Source of the DNA: an uncultured Gammaproteobacteria bacterium
GTDB taxonomy: Bacteria; Pseudomonadota; Gammaproteobacteria; UBA9214
Direction of reading: 5' to 3'
DNA: 64,000 bases
Assembly: GCA_963827755.1 (NCBI GenBank)
Contig: CAWHCQ010000021.1
Location: 105,428-169,427 of the forward strand
The position numbers and the translations under genes are program-made. The notes below the pieces were generated by a model. It was not told the origin of the DNA and did no database searches. It saw only the letters and a program-made list of their open reading frames with translations. Positions 60,349-64,000 of this stretch are shown here, one piece after another (the first letter of the stretch is position 1; every line of letters starts with the position of its first letter).

Positions 60349-60948
60349 ATGACAACGCAACCATCTTCTCACAGCAGGCAATCCGGCTTCACCCTGGTCG
60401 AATTACTGATCGTCGCCATCATCCTGGCGATCCTGGCGGCCATCGTCGTGCCGCAGTTCGCCTCGTCGACGGACGACGCGCGTGACTCGGCCCTCAGGTC
60501 CAACCTGTCCGGCGTTCGCAGTGCCATTGATCTGTACACCCAGCAGCACGGCGGTACATTCCCGGCTGCGGTCGCGGCGACCGGCGGAACCTGTACCGGC
60601 GGTACCGGAGACTCGGGTGCTGTTGATACCGACGAGGCCTTTGAGAACCAGCTGAGGTACTACACCAATGCCGCAGGCCAGGCCTGCAGTATCGCGGATA
60701 TTGGTGCCGATGGGTCAATTGAATTTCCGTTCGGTCCCTATATCAAGGGTGACCTGCCCGATAACCCGGTGAGCCAGATTGGCACCATCGCCATGGTCAC
60801 GACCGGCAACCTGGCAATGATCGGTGTCGGTGACAGCACCCTCCCCACACCAACCGCCGGTGGCTGGCGTTATGATACGACCTCGGGCAAGTTCATCGCC
60901 GATGATGTTGGCCTTGACGGCAATGGCGTCGCGTACGACAAGTACTAA
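60349..60948 (+). CDS. Major (pseudo)pilin, GspG/MshA-like
   Basis: G|FTLVELLIV class III signal, GGAGA RBS, two Cys. Confidence 0.9.
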   Translation: MTTQPSSHSRQSGFTLVELLIVAIILAILAAIVVPQFASSTDDARDSALRSNLSGVRSAIDLYTQQHGGTFPAAVAATGGTCTGGTGDSGAVDTDEAFENQLRYYTNAAGQACSIADIGADGSIEFPFGPYIKGDLPDNPVSQIGTIAMVTTGNLAMIGVGDSTLPTPTAGGWRYDTTSGKFIADDVGLDGNGVAYDKY

Positions 60949-60986
60949 GTACGTTACCAGCATGGAACCAGTGATTAATCATCCAG

Positions 60987-61544
60987 GTGAGGGCGTTGCG
61001 TAGTCATGGCGTAACACTTGTCGAACTGCTGGTGGTTGTCTCAATATTGGGGGTCGTCGCGTTGGTGGCGATCCCCAATTTGTCTTCCGGGGGCGCAAAA
61101 CGCCTCGACCTGGCGACCGCCGAGGTGGTGGCCGCCGTACGTTATGCGCGCAGCGAGGCGCTGCGCAGCGGTCAGATCCACGGTATCCAGATCAGCCAGG
61201 CTACGCAACGCGTGGTGGTCTACAAGGCCGATCTTGCCACCGACCCGGTCAGCATGGCGGTGATCCTCAGCCACCCGGTGGATCACAAACCCTATGACTT
61301 CGATTTCGATACCGCGGCGATGACGGCAGGCGTCAGCATCAGCAACGAGGATGACCCGTTTGTCTACTACGTCGCCGGCCGCCGCAAGAACCTGTTGTTC
61401 GACGCGAGTGGCCAGCCGGTCTGGATCGTGTCCGGCACCGGTACCACCTGGCCCCTGGAGGATGGCATGATTCAGCTCGACTACCGCAGCCAGCAGCGCA
61501 TCGTGCGGGTCGCAACGCTTACCGGCCGGGTGAGTGTCGAATGA
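60987..61544 (+). CDS. Minor pilin, GspH/FimT-like
   Basis: G|VTLVELLVV, RYARSEA, TGRV. Confidence 0.85.
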   Translation: MRALRSHGVTLVELLVVVSILGVVALVAIPNLSSGGAKRLDLATAEVVAAVRYARSEALRSGQIHGIQISQATQRVVVYKADLATDPVSMAVILSHPVDHKPYDFDFDTAAMTAGVSISNEDDPFVYYVAGRRKNLLFDASGQPVWIVSGTGTTWPLEDGMIQLDYRSQQRIVRVATLTGRVSVE

Positions 61545-62062
61545 TCAAATCCTGTCCAGATGTGCGTATGCGCCAGGCGCGGCCTGTGCCGGCAGCTACA
61601 GCCCCGCTGCAGAATACGGCACCAGCCTTGCGGCGCATGGCCGGTTTCACCTATATCGAGGTGATCGTCGCCACCGCGCTGATCGTCATCAGCCTGGTAC
61701 CTGCACTCGATGCCCTGTCGATCGGCGTCAAGGCCGGTACTGTCCATGAATCAACCACCGTGGACCACTATTACCTCACCGCCAGGCTGGAGGAATTGCT
61801 CTCGGAACCCTGGAACGAACTCGATGCCGAGGCGCTCGCGCTCAACAACCCGAATACCCCGTCGGCCGTATATTCCGGCAGTGTGGCAACGCCCGATGGC
61901 CGCACACTGGTACGCCAGGTCTACCTGTCCCGCTACGACGCCGACAATGCCGATGCGGATGATGATTTTTTCACCGGTACCGATGAAGGTCTGCTCTGGG
62001 TCAAGGTGGAACTTGAAGGCATGGGACGCAGCCTGGAGCGCCTCACCTATGCCTATGAGTAG
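61541..62062 (+). CDS. Minor pilin, GspI/PilV-like
   Basis: G|FTYIEVIVA after a long leader. Confidence 0.8.
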   Translation: MIKSCPDVRMRQARPVPAATAPLQNTAPALRRMAGFTYIEVIVATALIVISLVPALDALSIGVKAGTVHESTTVDHYYLTARLEELLSEPWNELDAEALALNNPNTPSAVYSGSVATPDGRTLVRQVYLSRYDADNADADDDFFTGTDEGLLWVKVELEGMGRSLERLTYAYE

Positions 62063-63055
62063 GGTGCATTCCATGCACCATTCCACTCCAGCCCAACACG
62101 GTTTCACCCTGGTCGAACTGCTCATGGCCATGGCCATCGGCACCATCCTGTTACTCTCAATCCAGGGCGTCGTTGGCCGCGGCATACAGACCCAGCAGGC
62201 GGTGCAGACCCAAAACGAACTCACCCGCCAGGCGCATTTCGCCATGCAGCAGATGGTGCGTGCTGTCGGCCGCAGCCGGCAGCTGGTGTTGCCGTTCGCG
62301 GAGAACCCGAACACGGCCTGGCCTGAATCGGTACGTGAATTTCCAGCGCGCGACCGCTTACCCCAATGAGACGGCCGTGCTGGCCGTGCTGCTCGACCCC
62401 GAGCAGGACCTGGATAACAATGGTTTTCCCGACGCCGACAATGACGAGGACGGGCGGATCGATGAAGACCCGGGCGGTGACAGCAGCAATGATCTGGCAC
62501 CCGGCCTGTTCGGCATCGACGACGACAATGACGGCAGTGTCGATGAGCAACATAGCCTGTCGCGGGGCCGGATCAACGAGGATGACGATGAAGACGACTA
62601 TGCCAATGAAGACCTGGTAAACGGCATCGATGACGACGGCGATGGCAAGCTCGATGAAGACATCAAGAAACAGACCGATGGCAATGACCTGTCCGGGGCG
62701 GGCGGCGTCGATGATAACGGCGATGGTCGAGATCGATGAAGACGACAAGAACGATGATGACGAGGACGGCAAGTGTCGATGAAGACTGGTACGATACGGT
62801 CGTCTTTTACCTCGACAACGGCAGCCTGAAGCAGCGTATCCCGATGCCGCTATGACGTGGACGGCGGCGGCATGAGTGGCAGGGATGTTGTCACGGAGCC
62901 CATTGCCGAAAACGTGATCCGCTTTCCGGGTCGAGCGCATCCCGCAGGCCAATGGCCGCGCCGTGCTGGTCGACCTGACGCTGGAGCTGACCAGTCCGTC
63001 TACGCGCGAGACGATCAGCCTGAACATGCGTGTGCGCGTCGGCGGTGCGTTGTGA
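62055..63055 (+). CDS. Minor pilin, GspJ/PilW-like, with Asp-rich repeats (frameshifted)
   Basis: G|FTLVELLMA; repeated DDDxDGx(I/V/L)DE(D); ends ISLNMRVRVGGAL-stop. Confidence 0.8.
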
Positions 63056-63140
63056 TGCACGTTGTCAGAAATCGAATATAACGGTGATGCGCGCATAATG
63101 CGAATGACACCGTTGTGCCCGCGTGCATGGCTAAGCACTA

Positions 63141-63222
63141 CCGTGCATTCCCGCGAATGCGGGAATGCCAGATGTATTAAACGATATTAAGTCCTGGATT
63201 CCCGCTCACGCGGCAATGACAA
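63141..63222. repeat. ATTCCCGCG..GCGGGAAT-type palindromic repeat doublet
   Basis: CATTCCCGCGAATGCGGGAATG and GGATTCCCGCTCACGCGGCAATGAC. Confidence 0.7.
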
Positions 63223-64000
63223 CGTTAGCCATCCAGCACCGGGAGCGCGGCTACATCCTGCTACCGGTGGTGCTGGCGCTGGCCTTGCTCGCCTCCATTG
63301 CCTGGCTGATCAACCGCGAAGGCGCCATCCATGCCGACATGGTCACCAACACGACGGAGGCCGTCATGGTCGAGCAGGTCGCCGCAGCCGGTTTGGCGCA
63401 CGCCACCTGGGCTATGCAGGGCAGCGGCTGCGCCGGCGACATGGCCATGTCGACGGCGGTACCGTTCGGTCAGGCGGGTACCGACAACTACACCGCCACG
63501 GTCACGACCCCGGGCGGCGGCACCTCCGCCTCCATCCTTTCCGTCGACCAGGATGCCTGGTTCCGCAGTGACCAGCCGGACGTCAACAATGGCGCCAAGG
63601 TTGATATGCACCTGCGCAAAGGTGACGGCGTGGGCACCGAGGTCGCGATGTACCGCTTCGACCTGTCATCCCTGGCGGCCGGCGCACAGATCAATTCCGC
63701 GGTCGCATGGTTCTATGTCACCTACGAGGCCGGCAAGGACGGCGGTCCGTACCCGGAGGGACCGCTGACCGTCCATAGCGTGACCGAGGACTGGGTCGAG
63801 ACCGGCCCCACGTGGGACAACATGAGTACCGCCTTCAGCGAAGAAATCATCGCCGTGATGCCCGCCGAGAGCGATGCCTTTGTCTGGGTGCGGGTCAGCC
63901 TCACGTCCCAGGTGCAAGCCTGGGTGAACGGCGCCGAGCCCAACTACGGCATCATGATCTGGCCGACCGGCGAGGGCACCCACGCCAAGCTCGTCAGCAA
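63216..64000 (+). CDS. PilX/GspK-like pilin fused to a DNRLRE-type beta-sandwich (runs off window)
   Basis: Hand translation: RERG|YILLPVVLAL, QDAWFRSDQPDVNNG, YRFDLSSL, WVETGPTW, VQAWVNG..NYG. Confidence 0.8.
   Translation, partial: MTTLAIQHRERGYILLPVVLALALLASIAWLINREGAIHADMVTNTTEAVMVEQVAAAGLAHATWAMQGSGCAGDMAMSTAVPFGQAGTDNYTATVTTPGGGTSASILSVDQDAWFRSDQPDVNNGAKVDMHLRKGDGVGTEVAMYRFDLSSLAAGAQINSAVAWFYVTYEAGKDGGPYPEGPLTVHSVTEDWVETGPTWDNMSTAFSEEIIAVMPAESDAFVWVRVSLTSQVQAWVNGAEPNYGIMIWPTGEGTHAKLVS

Overview
Gammaproteobacterial chromosome segment near the replication origin, with Pseudomonas-like gene order; the lineage cannot be fixed from sequence alone. Core blocks: mnmE (5'-truncated), mnmG-rsmG-parA-parB, atpIBEFHAGDC, an FKBP PPIase, glmU-glmS, uvrD, and polA-engB-cytochrome c4-dsbA. 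Accessory blocks: about 8 kb between mnmE and mnmG; c-di-GMP enzymes; a TRAP transporter with pagL; a DUF1538x2/P-II-like/CBS module; and GDCCVxC-copA. From 52 kb to the end is a type II secretion/type IV pilus-like cluster carrying its own histidine kinase, receiver protein and EAL phosphodiesterase. Many essential genes are frameshifted, which most likely reflects sequencing or assembly indels. Best leads: (1) the pilus-like cluster, with a STAS-MshEN-ATPase fusion, a perfect sigma28 promoter before the major pilin, an Asp-repeat minor pilin and a PilX-like pilin fused to a DNRLRE-type domain; (2) a signal-peptide leader ORF ending in the RAPP-like motif HGPP, upstream of an SLC13 permease; (3) a sigmaE-type-promoted, three-hairpin sRNA candidate at the Spot 42/ErsA position; (4) internally deleted nhaD and LOG gene stubs and an ApbE with degenerate catalytic motifs. 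All family calls come from visual motif recognition, not database searches.
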